DNA from: Candidatus Magasanikbacteria bacterium RIFOXYD1_FULL_40_23
GTDB taxonomy: Bacteria > Patescibacteriota > Patescibacteriia > Magasanikbacterales > GWA2-37-8
Direction: 5' to 3'
DNA: 64,000 bases
Assembly (NCBI GenBank): GCA_001783215.1
Contig: MFRA01000001.1
Span: 157,449-221,448, forward strand
Shown: in pieces, positions 37,138-47,308 of the stretch
Layout: each line of letters starts with the position of its first letter
How positions within the stretch are numbered: position 1 is the first letter of the stretch
Made by a program: the position numbers and the translations under genes
The notes under the pieces: generated by a model
The model's input: only the letters and a program-made list of their open reading frames with translations
Told to the model about the DNA's origin: nothing
Database searches by the model: none

Positions 37138-38025
37138 CTACTTGCGCGTCACCTTGGCCGGCCGCGGGGTCTTCGGCGGCGGACCAGGGTGATTGACGGT
37201 CTTAATCCTGACCGTCACGGGCTTGACCGTTTCTTCTGCGGGCATCCCGGGCAGATCGCTTACCTTGATCCGATCCATCTTCTTGATCTGCTCAACATCG
37301 AGCTTGATGGAGTCGATGTCCTTCCGGACGTCGACCATCTGCTTGTTCAGCTTGCCGATGGCGGTCCACTGACCGCGCTGTCCCTTCTCGAATTTCTCGA
37401 GCTTCTCCACCCGCTCCTCGATCGTGGGCGGATCCACTTCCTCTTCCTGCGCAGCAGCACGCTCCGCACAGGGATCGTCGGCGGGAGCAGCTTCCTCCTC
37501 GGTCTCCTCCTCTTCGGTAGGCGTCACCACAGCCTGAGGCTGAGGCACTTCCTCCACCGCCGCGGGCGCGGGAGCCGGGGCGGCGACCGGCGGCGGAGCG
37601 TTCTCCGTCGGGGCAGCAGCACCGGAACCCTTGCCCACGTTGGTGACCTTGGTGCTGGCGGACTTGGACGAGTCCGAGCCACCGGACTTGAGCAGCATGA
37701 CGACGACGCCGAGAGCGACCAGGATCGCGATGGTGATCGCGAAGACGGTCCACGACTTCTTGTCGTCGGGCGGCGACGGGTCCGGCTGCTGGTACTGCAT
37801 GGTCTGCGGCGGCAGATTGATCTGCGCCGTGGGCGCCGCCGACTGCTGATACTGCGGCGGGAGCGTCGGGGGCGGGAGCGTCGGCTGGGGCGGGCTGCTG
37901 GGCAGCGGACGCTGCGGGGCCGGCGGCATGCCGGGGAGCGGGCGCTGCGGACTGATGGTCCCAGCAACAGGGGCTTGTGACCGAACAGTGGGCGAACCAT
38001 ACGGGGGCGTGGTCTTCTGCGGCAT
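37138..38025 (-). CDS. Pro-rich, single-pass membrane-anchored coiled-coil protein
   Basis: AAGGAG RBS. N-terminal PxxP-rich region, TM helix WTVFAITIAILVALGVVVMLL, Ala/Pro/Glu-rich linker, then C-terminal coiled-coil (EERVEKLEKFEK...). Two alternative high-GC frames were rejected. Confidence 0.6.
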   Translation of the reverse strand: MPQKTTPPYGSPTVRSQAPVAGTISPQRPLPGMPPAPQRPLPSSPPQPTLPPPTLPPQYQQSAAPTAQINLPPQTMQYQQPDPSPPDDKKSWTVFAITIAILVALGVVVMLLKSGGSDSSKSASTKVTNVGKGSGAAAPTENAPPPVAAPAPAPAAVEEVPQPQAVVTPTEEEETEEEAAPADDPCAERAAAQEEEVDPPTIEERVEKLEKFEKGQRGQWTAIGKLNKQMVDVRKDIDSIKLDVEQIKKMDRIKVSDLPGMPAEETVKPVTVRIKTVNHPGPPPKTPRPAKVTRK

Positions 38026-38191
38026 GGCGGTCTCCTTCTGTGTCTACCGAATCGTTGACTCGTGAGTTTCTTTCCCGCCTGATCAAATTGATCTTGCGAG
38101 AATCCACGAGTTGAAATACGTTGCTGCTAACTAATTCAAGGTACTACTTTTTTCTTTTGAACGACCACCTTTTTATCAGTGATAGTTCCAA

Positions 38192-38228
38192 TTAAAAACA
38201 GTAAAACCTCTTCTTTGCGAGAGAGGTT
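38192..38228 (-). terminator. putative intrinsic terminator downstream of the giant gene
   Basis: Minus strand: AACCTCTctcgcaaagaAGAGGTT then tttactgtttttaat. Confidence 0.35.
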
Positions 38229-38450
38229 GCAAGCTTAAATGCCCTTTATTGATCTGTTTAAATGGCTAAAACAACACCTCTCAATATTGCTCTAACCTCT
38301 AAATTTTCAACGATAGGCCACTATACCATAAAACCTAGTTTTTGTCAATAGGATGACAGGGGGAAATTATCTTTTTGGCTAACTACAAACAAAAAGTACC
38401 CCTTTTTAGAGATACTCTTTGTTTAAAATTTATAAAACTAAGTCATTTAG

Positions 38451-41400
38451 CTATTCAATAGGCGCGCCCGGCTCATTTTTTAGCATATCATTTGCCAGAT
38501 TTACTGCCTCTTCATAAGAATATTTTTGTACAATTTTTCCATCATCCATCTTTAATAAAACACCATCTTTAACGACAAAGGTATTATCCAAATCAGAAAT
38601 AAGAAATTCTTTACCTTCTCTGTCTGTAATTCTAGCAATATGACTATCGTTGGCCAGCATTTTAACACCGTCTTTATTAGGATCTAAAAATAATTTAAGC
38701 TCTTCACCTTCAAGATTTTTGTACCAATCCGGATTCTTATCTATATGATTAAACGCATCCAGTGTATCCTTCATTGTTCTGACGCTTTCAACTACTTTTT
38801 CATCTAAATTAGAAACATCGCCGGCAAAAACTTTTTTGGCATACTCTTTAAAGCTTGCCATTGACGGCTCATTTTCTATTTGTTTTTTAAGTATATCTTG
38901 GCCATCACCTACCATAATAAATTCCGTTTTTTGCAGCGCAATATTAGCTTTCATTGATTCAAAATTCTGATACATAACTTTAAAGCTTTCCACACTTTTC
39001 TCTGTCAATTCTGCAGGTTCTCCTGCAATCGCTTCGCTCTTTTCTGCCTGCTGCTTAGCGGACTCTTCTACTGTAGGTGATACTGGTTTTATTTCAGATG
39101 TTGACTTCGCAGTGTTTTCTAAACTAGTTTTAATTTCTACCTGCTTCGCTCCAGGAGCTGCTTGCACCACTTCCCCGCTAGCCTTAAAAGTTTTGATTGT
39201 TTTACCAACTAAAGTTTTTTCTGTCGTAGTTTCTTCACCTACTACCTCTGGTCCTTGAATATCATTTATAATATTGGCATTTGCCCAAAGCTTATCATCA
39301 ACAGACATTCCGTCATTGATACTTGTTCCGTTTAAGTTACCGGCTTTTTCTTTGGCTGCATTTATCACATATGTTCCTACGGGCTCTCCAGCACGTGCTC
39401 TATCAGAAATATTTATTGCTTCTTCTCCCATTTTGGCAAACTTAGCTTTGTCTGCTTCAATTTCTGCAAGTACAGCGCGATCACCCTCTGGCAACTCGAC
39501 AGCAGGAGCGTTTTTAAAATCACCTTCGTATGGAGCCTCTTCAATTGTTGTAGGAGAAGTTGTAATTTTAACCATTACCGTTTCTTTCAAAACCACTCTG
39601 CCCTGACCGCTCAAAATAGGTTCACCTTTTTCATCTAAACCAAAATATTTAAGCTCACCACCCTGCAAACTTACAGTTCTGCCAGTTCTATCTTCGGTAG
39701 CAGCCCTAAAGAAACCGGCATTGGCCAAATCTGTATTACCCTTGCCTTGCATGGCTCTAAATAAACCATAGACCATCTTTTTATCTGGTTTTTCGTCGTA
39801 TTGCTCTACAAATTTTAAGTAATCTTCGTGCGTGCCTTTGCCAATATATTCGGCCAAATAAGATTTATGCCTACTACTAAAATCTTGACTCTCCAAATAT
39901 TTAGCCGCACCTTCATAATCTTTTGCTTTTACAAGTTCTTCAAAAATTACAGATCTGCGTTCGCCTTCAGCCTCTATAAGAGTGTCTACATCGCCACGAA
40001 CAAGATCGGCATGATGGAATTTAACCCCATCACCCACTTTACTTGCTTCCAAAATCCTACTCAAGGATTCTTCTTTTAAGCTTGGATACTGTTCAACTAA
40101 TTTTTGTAACGGAACCAAGGACTCTTCACTTAATTTATGTTCGGCAGCAAAATCTTGCACAGAAAATAGTGCTGTTTCTGGTGCTATTGCTTCCGGAACT
40201 GGTTCTACACTAACCGTATTCACTGGCGCCACAATATCTTCTTTTGGTAATTCGGCAACTGAACTTGGCAATGCTATTTCTGGTGCAATACTTTCATGTC
40301 CAGTTACCTTGTCCCAAGCGCTCTCAGCTAGATGTCCAATATTTCCTGGGGTCTCCCAAACACGCTTTGCGTTTTGTACAAAACTATCAGATATAATAGA
40401 TGCATCTTTTTCTTTTATCGCTTGGATTAAATTATCTATACTTTCTTTTGGAGAACCTCCATGCAAAACTGTGATATTAAATATACCCACGCCGCGAGCA
40501 ATGGTGCCCAATGCTTTTACAAAATCCATAGCTCTAGCGACACCAGAAGAACCTTCCTTGGCGCCACGGAAAGTAAGCGCACGAGCAGTTTCTTTAGCAG
40601 TACTTGATATTATATCTTTCGTAAATGTTTTTGCATCTTTTTTGTCTTTTAAAGAGCCGGCGATATCTTTTATTTCTTCTTTTTTAACTTGCTTTATTTT
40701 TTCAAAAGCAGAAGCAGCAAGATACACTGCACCTCGCAACAAAGAAATGCCGGTAACTGTAAGTCCTAAATTTAAAGCGTCTTTGGCAATTTTAACTCCC
40801 GAAACTTTTCCATGTATATATGATTCTAAAAGCTCTCTCACTTCACTATCCCTATCATTTCTAGACTTAGTTGTTTCTGTTTTATGTTTTATGGAAATAG
40901 CCCATAATCTTTCTAAAATTTGTTTTTTGGCTTCTTCTTTAATATTTGCAGATCCAATTTTTTCTTTCAAATACTCTATACGTTTTTCAATTCGTTCATT
41001 TTCTGACAAAGCCTCCCCTTTTTTATTTTTTTCGGAAGCCACTAATAAATCTTGGTGGGCTGCAAAAATACTTTCTACGGCTGTTTTGGATTCTTTTGAT
41101 CCCTTTCTCCATTCTGCAAAATCTCCTCTTCCAGTTAAACCACCATATACAATATCTGTAATAATTTTTACACCAAAAAGAGTGGTTACAGTATCATAGC
41201 TTGCTTTTCCAATCGCAAGCCCAAATTCTTTACTAATGACAGCTTTTTTTAAACCGCTCGCTTTTTCTTTTACCCAACCCCACACACCTTTTTTCTCAGG
41301 AGCAGGCGCTGCCGGTACTTGAGGAGATATCTTTTGTATGAATTCCGCATGCAATTTTGGATAGTGTTTTTGCAAATCCTCTGCAAAAGCTTGCATATTA

Positions 41401-44045
41401 TAAAGAACCGTTTCATCCAATTTATTGTGCTGAGACATTTCTTTCTTAGCTTTATCAATATTCGTACGGATAACTTCCATTCTCCATTTAAAACTTTCCA
41501 TAACTTCCGGATTACCACTATTTTGTATAATTTTTTCTAAGGTACCAAAATCACGCTCATACATTTGTAAAAGCATTTTCTGTTCTGGAGATGGAAGGTT
41601 TTCTTCCCCAGATATTCGAGCTGTCGTAGGCGTCTCTAATGTATTTTTATCTGTTTCTGGAAAAGGTAAATCTACAGATGTCGGTTGAGATTTTTTATTG
41701 ATTTCAGCCAACCTACCATAAAATTTATTTTTTACTTCTTTTAACTCTTCTGGTAAGGTCAACTTACCAAAGGCTCTCATCAGTTTATCCAATTTTTCTT
41801 CGTATACATCTTCATTGTCCAAATTATTTTTTGCCTCTGCTATAGCATCCTTTACAGCTTGCAAGTCAGCAGTAAACTTAACACGTAAATTTTTATCCTG
41901 CTCATCCATTACCATCTCAAACAAAGACAAATCATCTTCTGTCTTCTTTATTCTATTTTCATATTCCTCTCTTTCCTGCTTTGTTCCAGAAGTTTCTTTT
42001 CCATTTAATCTAAGCTGATGCTCTTTTTTTACATTATTAGGAAGGGAATTCCACAACTCATTAATTAATACTTTTGCTTCCTTTAAATGAAGCTCGTGCG
42101 CCACACTGTCTTTTTCTACCAAACTTGCCTTCGCCTTATTTAAAAGCTGTATTGCAGCATCTACTAATAAAGATGTACGAGTTTCATAAAAATTATAACT
42201 TTTGTCTTTGCTATGAAAACGCTGTCGCATTATACGTTCAACCATCTTTATTCTCCTTATCTCTTCAAGGATAAGATCTACCCCTGAATCTTTGTCTTCT
42301 ACCTTGTCTTTAATTTCTTTTATAGAAGTCGTATCTTTTTTAACCATCTCTTCTCTTCTCAAAGAAGGTGTCTTGTCGGCAAGCTGGCTTTCGTACTCTA
42401 ATTTTACTTCTGATGGGACTTTGGTCAAAAGTTCAGTAAAGGCACTTTCGGCTCTATCTATTTCTCTGCTATGTACTCGAGGATTTCTGGCATGGTAAGT
42501 AAGGTCCAAGCTTTCCTCAATTTCTTCAACTAAAGACCTAATATTATCTGCTTGATCATCGGTCAAAATTTCTTCGGCAATATTTTTAAACAAAGCAAAC
42601 TTATCGTTCATTTCTTGATATCTTTTTTGTCTATATTCTGGAGCATCTTTATCAACAACCGCATCACCCACTACGACACTTGATTCTTTTTCGTCTTTTT
42701 CAACAACTGGTACCACTTTTTTCTTTTCACCTTTACCCAAAGAAGCTTTCTGGAGATTAAATTCTTTTCTTACCGCTTCTGAAACATTCAAAAAAACTTT
42801 GGTAAAATTGTGTTCAAATACTCTAAGCTGCTCTCTATATTCATCCCAATCATCGGTAGCTTCTATTTTTTCCAAAGCACTTTCAATTTTCTCTTCGTTT
42901 TCTTTGGTTTCTGCTCTTTCTTCTTTGGTCATTTTTTCCATAGCAAGAGACCTAAGCAACTCCCATCGCTCATCCGCATATTGCAATGTTTTATCCCTAT
43001 CTTCTTGCCAGTCTTTTTCCACAACTGGTTCTGCTTCTTTTTCTTTAGTCTTAACCTCTTCCTTTTCCCAGAATGGAGGGTTACCATTTAACTGACTAAA
43101 ATATTCCAACCTTGCTTTTGTTGGAATAGTGCGAATGATTAAATCAAAATTACGTTCAAACGCCGACATGGCGTTTTCGTATTCTTCTGCGTCATTAGAT
43201 TCAAGCGCTGTTTTTAAACCACCATTAATCGCATCCGTGGTTTCTTCGCTAACCGAACCTTCTCTCAACATTTTACCTATTATTTCCTGGAGAATATCCC
43301 ATCTTTTAACAGCATCCTGGTGTCTTTCTACTCTCTGCTCTTGCCCATTCTCAACAGCACCAGCTTTTCTTTTAGAGGCCTTCTTGGTTTTGTGCTCTGG
43401 CTTTTCTTTTTCGTCTTCTTCAGGCTCCGGCTGTAATTGTTCTGGAACCGCAATTTCTTTAGAATCAGTCTCAGCCTTATTTTCTCCTTTTTTTATATCC
43501 AAGAGAGCCAAGGTCTCTGTTTCTATTTCTAATTTTTTAGCCTCATAGCCTGCTGGGTCTTTAATCTCTAACAGTTCGGTAATTTCTCCCTTTATTTTTT
43601 TATATTTTCCAAAATTTTTAAACAAAACATTATCGCTCGCACTAGACTGTCCAACCAAATGCAACCTAGCTTCTTCGAGGTCTGCAAACAATTTAGCCTG
43701 CTCTATTTCTCTATCTTTTTTACCTTTATACTCTTTGAAGCTAAACGGCTTAGCTTCTGCCGATTTTCTTTTGGAATTTTTTGCTCCTTGAAACTCCAGC
43801 CCCAGGCTAGCAATTTCTAAATGAATTTTATTTTTAAATTCTTTTTTATTATCTGCACCATCATAAGAATCTAATTTTTCAGAAATCTTTCTTAAAGCCA
43901 AAATAAGATGGTCTTTTTTATCTTGAGGTATATCGGCCGAATTAATTTCGGCCTCTAACGAAGCCAGCCTAGTAGCTGTATCTTTTTGAAATGTGCTTTC
44001 ATTTTTATCTGGGGACGATCCCCTCTCCGGACCTCTTTTTGCCAT
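38451..44045 (-). CDS. giant K/E-rich surface/membrane protein (1864 aa), hypothetical
   Basis: The first about 900 aa are highly charged coiled-coil. A central region has hydrophobic helices (GLAIGKASYDTVTTLFGVKIITDIVYGGLTG, LNLGLTVTGISLLRGAVYLAASAF). The C-terminal region is globular. Start set at ATG 44045 (MAKRGPERG), which directly abuts the conserved leader. The track TTG at 44066 is less likely. Confidence 0.7.
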   Translation of the reverse strand: MAKRGPERGSSPDKNESTFQKDTATRLASLEAEINSADIPQDKKDHLILALRKISEKLDSYDGADNKKEFKNKIHLEIASLGLEFQGAKNSKRKSAEAKPFSFKEYKGKKDREIEQAKLFADLEEARLHLVGQSSASDNVLFKNFGKYKKIKGEITELLEIKDPAGYEAKKLEIETETLALLDIKKGENKAETDSKEIAVPEQLQPEPEEDEKEKPEHKTKKASKRKAGAVENGQEQRVERHQDAVKRWDILQEIIGKMLREGSVSEETTDAINGGLKTALESNDAEEYENAMSAFERNFDLIIRTIPTKARLEYFSQLNGNPPFWEKEEVKTKEKEAEPVVEKDWQEDRDKTLQYADERWELLRSLAMEKMTKEERAETKENEEKIESALEKIEATDDWDEYREQLRVFEHNFTKVFLNVSEAVRKEFNLQKASLGKGEKKKVVPVVEKDEKESSVVVGDAVVDKDAPEYRQKRYQEMNDKFALFKNIAEEILTDDQADNIRSLVEEIEESLDLTYHARNPRVHSREIDRAESAFTELLTKVPSEVKLEYESQLADKTPSLRREEMVKKDTTSIKEIKDKVEDKDSGVDLILEEIRRIKMVERIMRQRFHSKDKSYNFYETRTSLLVDAAIQLLNKAKASLVEKDSVAHELHLKEAKVLINELWNSLPNNVKKEHQLRLNGKETSGTKQEREEYENRIKKTEDDLSLFEMVMDEQDKNLRVKFTADLQAVKDAIAEAKNNLDNEDVYEEKLDKLMRAFGKLTLPEELKEVKNKFYGRLAEINKKSQPTSVDLPFPETDKNTLETPTTARISGEENLPSPEQKMLLQMYERDFGTLEKIIQNSGNPEVMESFKWRMEVIRTNIDKAKKEMSQHNKLDETVLYNMQAFAEDLQKHYPKLHAEFIQKISPQVPAAPAPEKKGVWGWVKEKASGLKKAVISKEFGLAIGKASYDTVTTLFGVKIITDIVYGGLTGRGDFAEWRKGSKESKTAVESIFAAHQDLLVASEKNKKGEALSENERIEKRIEYLKEKIGSANIKEEAKKQILERLWAISIKHKTETTKSRNDRDSEVRELLESYIHGKVSGVKIAKDALNLGLTVTGISLLRGAVYLAASAFEKIKQVKKEEIKDIAGSLKDKKDAKTFTKDIISSTAKETARALTFRGAKEGSSGVARAMDFVKALGTIARGVGIFNITVLHGGSPKESIDNLIQAIKEKDASIISDSFVQNAKRVWETPGNIGHLAESAWDKVTGHESIAPEIALPSSVAELPKEDIVAPVNTVSVEPVPEAIAPETALFSVQDFAAEHKLSEESLVPLQKLVEQYPSLKEESLSRILEASKVGDGVKFHHADLVRGDVDTLIEAEGERRSVIFEELVKAKDYEGAAKYLESQDFSSRHKSYLAEYIGKGTHEDYLKFVEQYDEKPDKKMVYGLFRAMQGKGNTDLANAGFFRAATEDRTGRTVSLQGGELKYFGLDEKGEPILSGQGRVVLKETVMVKITTSPTTIEEAPYEGDFKNAPAVELPEGDRAVLAEIEADKAKFAKMGEEAINISDRARAGEPVGTYVINAAKEKAGNLNGTSINDGMSVDDKLWANANIINDIQGPEVVGEETTTEKTLVGKTIKTFKASGEVVQAAPGAKQVEIKTSLENTAKSTSEIKPVSPTVEESAKQQAEKSEAIAGEPAELTEKSVESFKVMYQNFESMKANIALQKTEFIMVGDGQDILKKQIENEPSMASFKEYAKKVFAGDVSNLDEKVVESVRTMKDTLDAFNHIDKNPDWYKNLEGEELKLFLDPNKDGVKMLANDSHIARITDREGKEFLISDLDNTFVVKDGVLLKMDDGKIVQKYSYEEAVNLANDMLKNEPGAPIE

Positions 44046-44066
44046 ATACGATATGAGTGAGTGCAA

Positions 44067-44125
44067 AAGTTAAATGTATTTAACTTTACACGAGCGAATG
44101 AGTATATATGCGGCTTTAGCCCATA
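44067..44125 (-). promoter_or_regulatory. ACTCATTYCG leader element abutting the giant-gene start
   Basis: Minus strand: atatatGGGCTaaAGCCgcatataTACTCATTCGCTCGtgtaaagttaaatacatttaacttttgcaCTCACTCATATCGTAT-ATG. Confidence 0.45.
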
Positions 44126-44146
44126 TATTTTTTAAATGAATGGCCA

Positions 44147-44437
44147 TTAAACAATGGAATCAAGTGCTTTTATAGTATCAGCATTTACCTTTCCCAATTC
44201 TTCTTGAAACTTATCATCTACGGCCTGTAAATCGTCAGCTAGCTTTTTATCTGTATCTTTGGTAGCGGCTTGTAAATATTTGACCTCCAAAACATTTGTA
44301 AATTCTTCTAGTTGAGCCTCCGTCATTTGCGGCAACAGAGACAACAAAGCCTCCCTTTCTTCTTCTGAAATATTTAAGGAAGCAATAAGTACTCCTAATT
44401 TTCTACCTTTTTCTTCGGCTGTTTGTAAATCTGACAT
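44147..44437 (-). CDS. hypothetical small acidic helical protein
   Basis: 96-aa ORF between the Wzz-like gene and the giant gene. Confidence 0.45.
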   Translation of the reverse strand: MSDLQTAEEKGRKLGVLIASLNISEEEREALLSLLPQMTEAQLEEFTNVLEVKYLQAATKDTDKKLADDLQAVDDKFQEELGKVNADTIKALDSIV

Positions 44438-44451
44438 AAATTTATTATTTA

Positions 44452-45078
44452 TTACCCTCCAAACAAATTATGTTTTTTGTATCGGATTACCCACAAAGAG
44501 AAAATTAAAAAGCCTACCAAAAATCCTACCGCACCATTTAGTGGCACGCTAGGGCGTACTGGCCATTTGGAAACAAGTGGTTCGCTTACTATTTTGATAG
44601 CAACATCTCCACCCAAATATTCCCAACCTTGAGTAACCAGTGTTTGAGAAACTGCTTTGGACAGCGCAGCTGCTTCGGCCTGGCTATAGCTAAAAACTTT
44701 TACATTCATTAGACTAACACCATAAAGCATGTTGGCAGAAATATCTTTATTCCATTTTTTTCTTTGTCCACGGTCTGTTAATTTGGACCAGGGAGTTTTA
44801 TCAAAAGAAGCTGGAGAGCTCATTACTTTGTTATAAAAATCAGTAGTCTTCATGATTTGAGCCAAATTCGCGCCGATTTTTTCGGCAGATCTTGCTTGAG
44901 TGTATGGGTCTGTGCCTTCTTTGTCTCTAGATATAATTAGAACCTGACTGGTAGCACTATACTGCTTTGGAAAAAACAGACTACTAACCATGGATAAAAT
45001 CGCAAAAACAAAACTCCAGACTAATATTAGTTTTATGTTTTTAACTAGCAAGTGCCACATAACGGTTGAAATTAACAA
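44452..45078 (-). CDS. polysaccharide co-polymerase (Wzz-like chain-length determinant) family protein
   Basis: N- and C-terminal TM helices around a periplasmic-type domain (...PKQYSATSQVLI...). Confidence 0.5.
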   Translation of the reverse strand: MLISTVMWHLLVKNIKLILVWSFVFAILSMVSSLFFPKQYSATSQVLIISRDKEGTDPYTQARSAEKIGANLAQIMKTTDFYNKVMSSPASFDKTPWSKLTDRGQRKKWNKDISANMLYGVSLMNVKVFSYSQAEAAALSKAVSQTLVTQGWEYLGGDVAIKIVSEPLVSKWPVRPSVPLNGAVGFLVGFLIFSLWVIRYKKHNLFGG

Positions 45079-45164
45079 TGAATTAAGAATTGTGAATTAG
45101 GAATAACGCAAACAATTTTTCCACTAATCATTATTCATACTTCCTTATTCGTAATTCAACAGGT

Positions 45165-46229
45165 TTACTTTGTTGCTACAACTTTAACTTCTACTTCCAA
45201 AGTTTTACCAGATCTTAATATTTTTACTTTTACGCTTTCGTTGTTATTTATAATATACCATAAATTATCGGGCGCTACAATTCTACCATTAACTTCTAAA
45301 AGCAAATCGCCTTTACGCAACACACTGCCAACCGACCATACACCTGAAACCAAAAAACCACGGGCCTTTTCTCCCGCCTTTAGCTTGGTTTCCGAAACAG
45401 TAAATATTGTCTGCTCTTCACCAAACCATCCCTCTACTCCCAGAGACGGATAAGACAAAGCTTGCTGGCTTAAAACTTGAGATAAAACTCTGGTAATATA
45501 AAACCCAGGCAATAATAAATTATTATCTGCAACAAAACCAACTACTCTACCTTGATTATTTATAGCAATCTGCCCGGCATTAAAGGATCCGTTTAGGGAG
45601 TAGGATTTTATCGGAGCAGTGTCTAAATGAGGAATTTTGTAATTAAAAATTGGATAAAGTACTGTGCCATGATACCAATTATCATTTTGCCAAACAAAGA
45701 TATCGTCCAAATCAGACCCTTCGTCTGCAAATCCAACCACTTTAAACTGTTCGTTTTGAATTTTCAAATAAAGAACGCCGGAATATTTATCCCAAACAGC
45801 TTTTTCTGGTTGAAAAATATTTCCACCGTCGACTGCTATATAGATATTTTTATAATTTCCATCATAACGAGGCTGATACATGGCAAGCCAACCGTCTGAG
45901 CTTAACATAATGCCATCCCCTATTTTTTTATTAAAATAATTTACACCACCTACGCTGGTTGTTCCTCTATGCACAGACACAACCCGAGTAGAAATTTCTT
46001 CTCGTATACGAGTCTCTAGCTGTGCTCGCGACATTCCAGAGTTGGTATAAGAAGTTATCCATACATCACCATCAGCAAATCTTGGCCAAATCCATCCGAT
46101 CATCATGCTTGCGCCGCTGGCACCAGCAATAACGCTAAAAACAACTATGGCCAACAGTAATTTAAGCCTTTGTAAGTGGCGATGGGTTTCTATACTGCTA
46201 GTTTTAGGCGGAAGGTGTGGAGGAACCAT
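45165..46229 (-). CDS. membrane-anchored PDZ domain protein
   Basis: N-terminal TM segment. C-terminal PDZ-like GDLLLEVNGRIV...VKVKILR. Confidence 0.5.
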   Translation of the reverse strand: MVPPHLPPKTSSIETHRHLQRLKLLLAIVVFSVIAGASGASMMIGWIWPRFADGDVWITSYTNSGMSRAQLETRIREEISTRVVSVHRGTTSVGGVNYFNKKIGDGIMLSSDGWLAMYQPRYDGNYKNIYIAVDGGNIFQPEKAVWDKYSGVLYLKIQNEQFKVVGFADEGSDLDDIFVWQNDNWYHGTVLYPIFNYKIPHLDTAPIKSYSLNGSFNAGQIAINNQGRVVGFVADNNLLLPGFYITRVLSQVLSQQALSYPSLGVEGWFGEEQTIFTVSETKLKAGEKARGFLVSGVWSVGSVLRKGDLLLEVNGRIVAPDNLWYIINNNESVKVKILRSGKTLEVEVKVVATK

Positions 46230-46345
46230 ACATTTTGATTTCTAATTACTAATTTCTAAATTCTATTTTCGGACAAAGTGAGGGAAATGAAAATTTATTA
46301 TCATTTCCGAACGTGTCCAGAAAATACCTTAGTATTTTCTAATTT

Positions 46346-47143
46346 TTATTTCCAACGAACTACAAAAATTAAAAAGCTAATAAATAAAACTGTGTTTATT
46401 CCCAAAAACCATATTTGTTTTTTCCAAACTATACCTTCGGGAGTAAGATTAAATCTCGCCATAAGCCAAGCCATATACCAACACCAAATTAAAATTAGAC
46501 TGCTAATCAAATAACCCAGCGGCAAAAGATTTACCACCCAAAGCAATTCTAACATGAGCACAAACCATAAACCAACCCATACCCAAAAACGTTTGTTTAC
46601 GCTAGCACCATACTCTAACCACCACCAACCAGCAAAAAGTGCAGCACATATGGCTGTGATCACAAACCAAACCATAGCACTTACTCCTGGCACAATCTGA
46701 AAAGAAACAATAGCTTGAGCGCCTTCAAATATGCCGGCCAAACCAATTATTGACATAACAAAACGCCAACGCAGGTGGGGTTTTAAAAATACAGACAAAC
46801 TGACGTTGGAAGATGGCAATAACCAAAAACTGAAAAAAGAGAAAAAGGAAAAAAATGCTCCAAATAAATACCAAGCAAAGTTCCATTCTATAAACAATAG
46901 AAACGCCATTGAGCCTATGGTCATTACCACTAGCGACAGCAAATGTTTAAGGCGACTCATTTCTTTTGGATAATAAACCACCAACATAAATGCTAACCAG
47001 ACAAGCGTACGGATAATTAACCACATACCCACCATCCACCAAGCATTGAGCTGTTTTACCCACCCCAGCATTATGAGGTTTATAAACAAATCCAGCACGG
47101 CTGCCAGTTTTGGATGGAAAGATATTGGCTTAAAATTAAGCAT
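46346..47143 (-). CDS. hypothetical multi-pass membrane protein
   Basis: 265-aa ORF with about 8 TM helices. Confidence 0.5.
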   Translation of the reverse strand: MLNFKPISFHPKLAAVLDLFINLIMLGWVKQLNAWWMVGMWLIIRTLVWLAFMLVVYYPKEMSRLKHLLSLVVMTIGSMAFLLFIEWNFAWYLFGAFFSFFSFFSFWLLPSSNVSLSVFLKPHLRWRFVMSIIGLAGIFEGAQAIVSFQIVPGVSAMVWFVITAICAALFAGWWWLEYGASVNKRFWVWVGLWFVLMLELLWVVNLLPLGYLISSLILIWCWYMAWLMARFNLTPEGIVWKKQIWFLGINTVLFISFLIFVVRWK

Positions 47144-47308
47144 AATATAACTATGATTTTACCCTAAAAAAGGAGAAAGGGCAAGGTTGTATAAAAAAAC
47201 AACCCTTGGAATTTCTCCCAAGGGTGGACATTGTTCCAATCCACGTTTGAAAGTGTTGAAACAATACATTATTTTAAAGGTCATTACATGGCCGTTTTTC
47301 TACTGACT

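Noticed and set aside
33380-37980. Numerous long ORFs on the + strand and alternate minus frames inside the high-GC island (e.g. 33769..34407, 35026..35682, 35970..36848, 36970..37980, 37292..38107)
   Set aside because: High-GC DNA yields long stop-free shadow frames. Their translations are Arg/Gly/Ala-rich nonsense, whereas the chosen minus-strand frames have RBSs, signal peptides, lipoboxes and domain repeats.
39274-43548. Many 60 to 300-aa ORFs on the + strand across the giant gene
   Set aside because: All are antisense to one continuous 5.6-kb ORF. Their Ser/Phe/Leu-rich translations are typical of the antisense of K/E-rich coding sequence.
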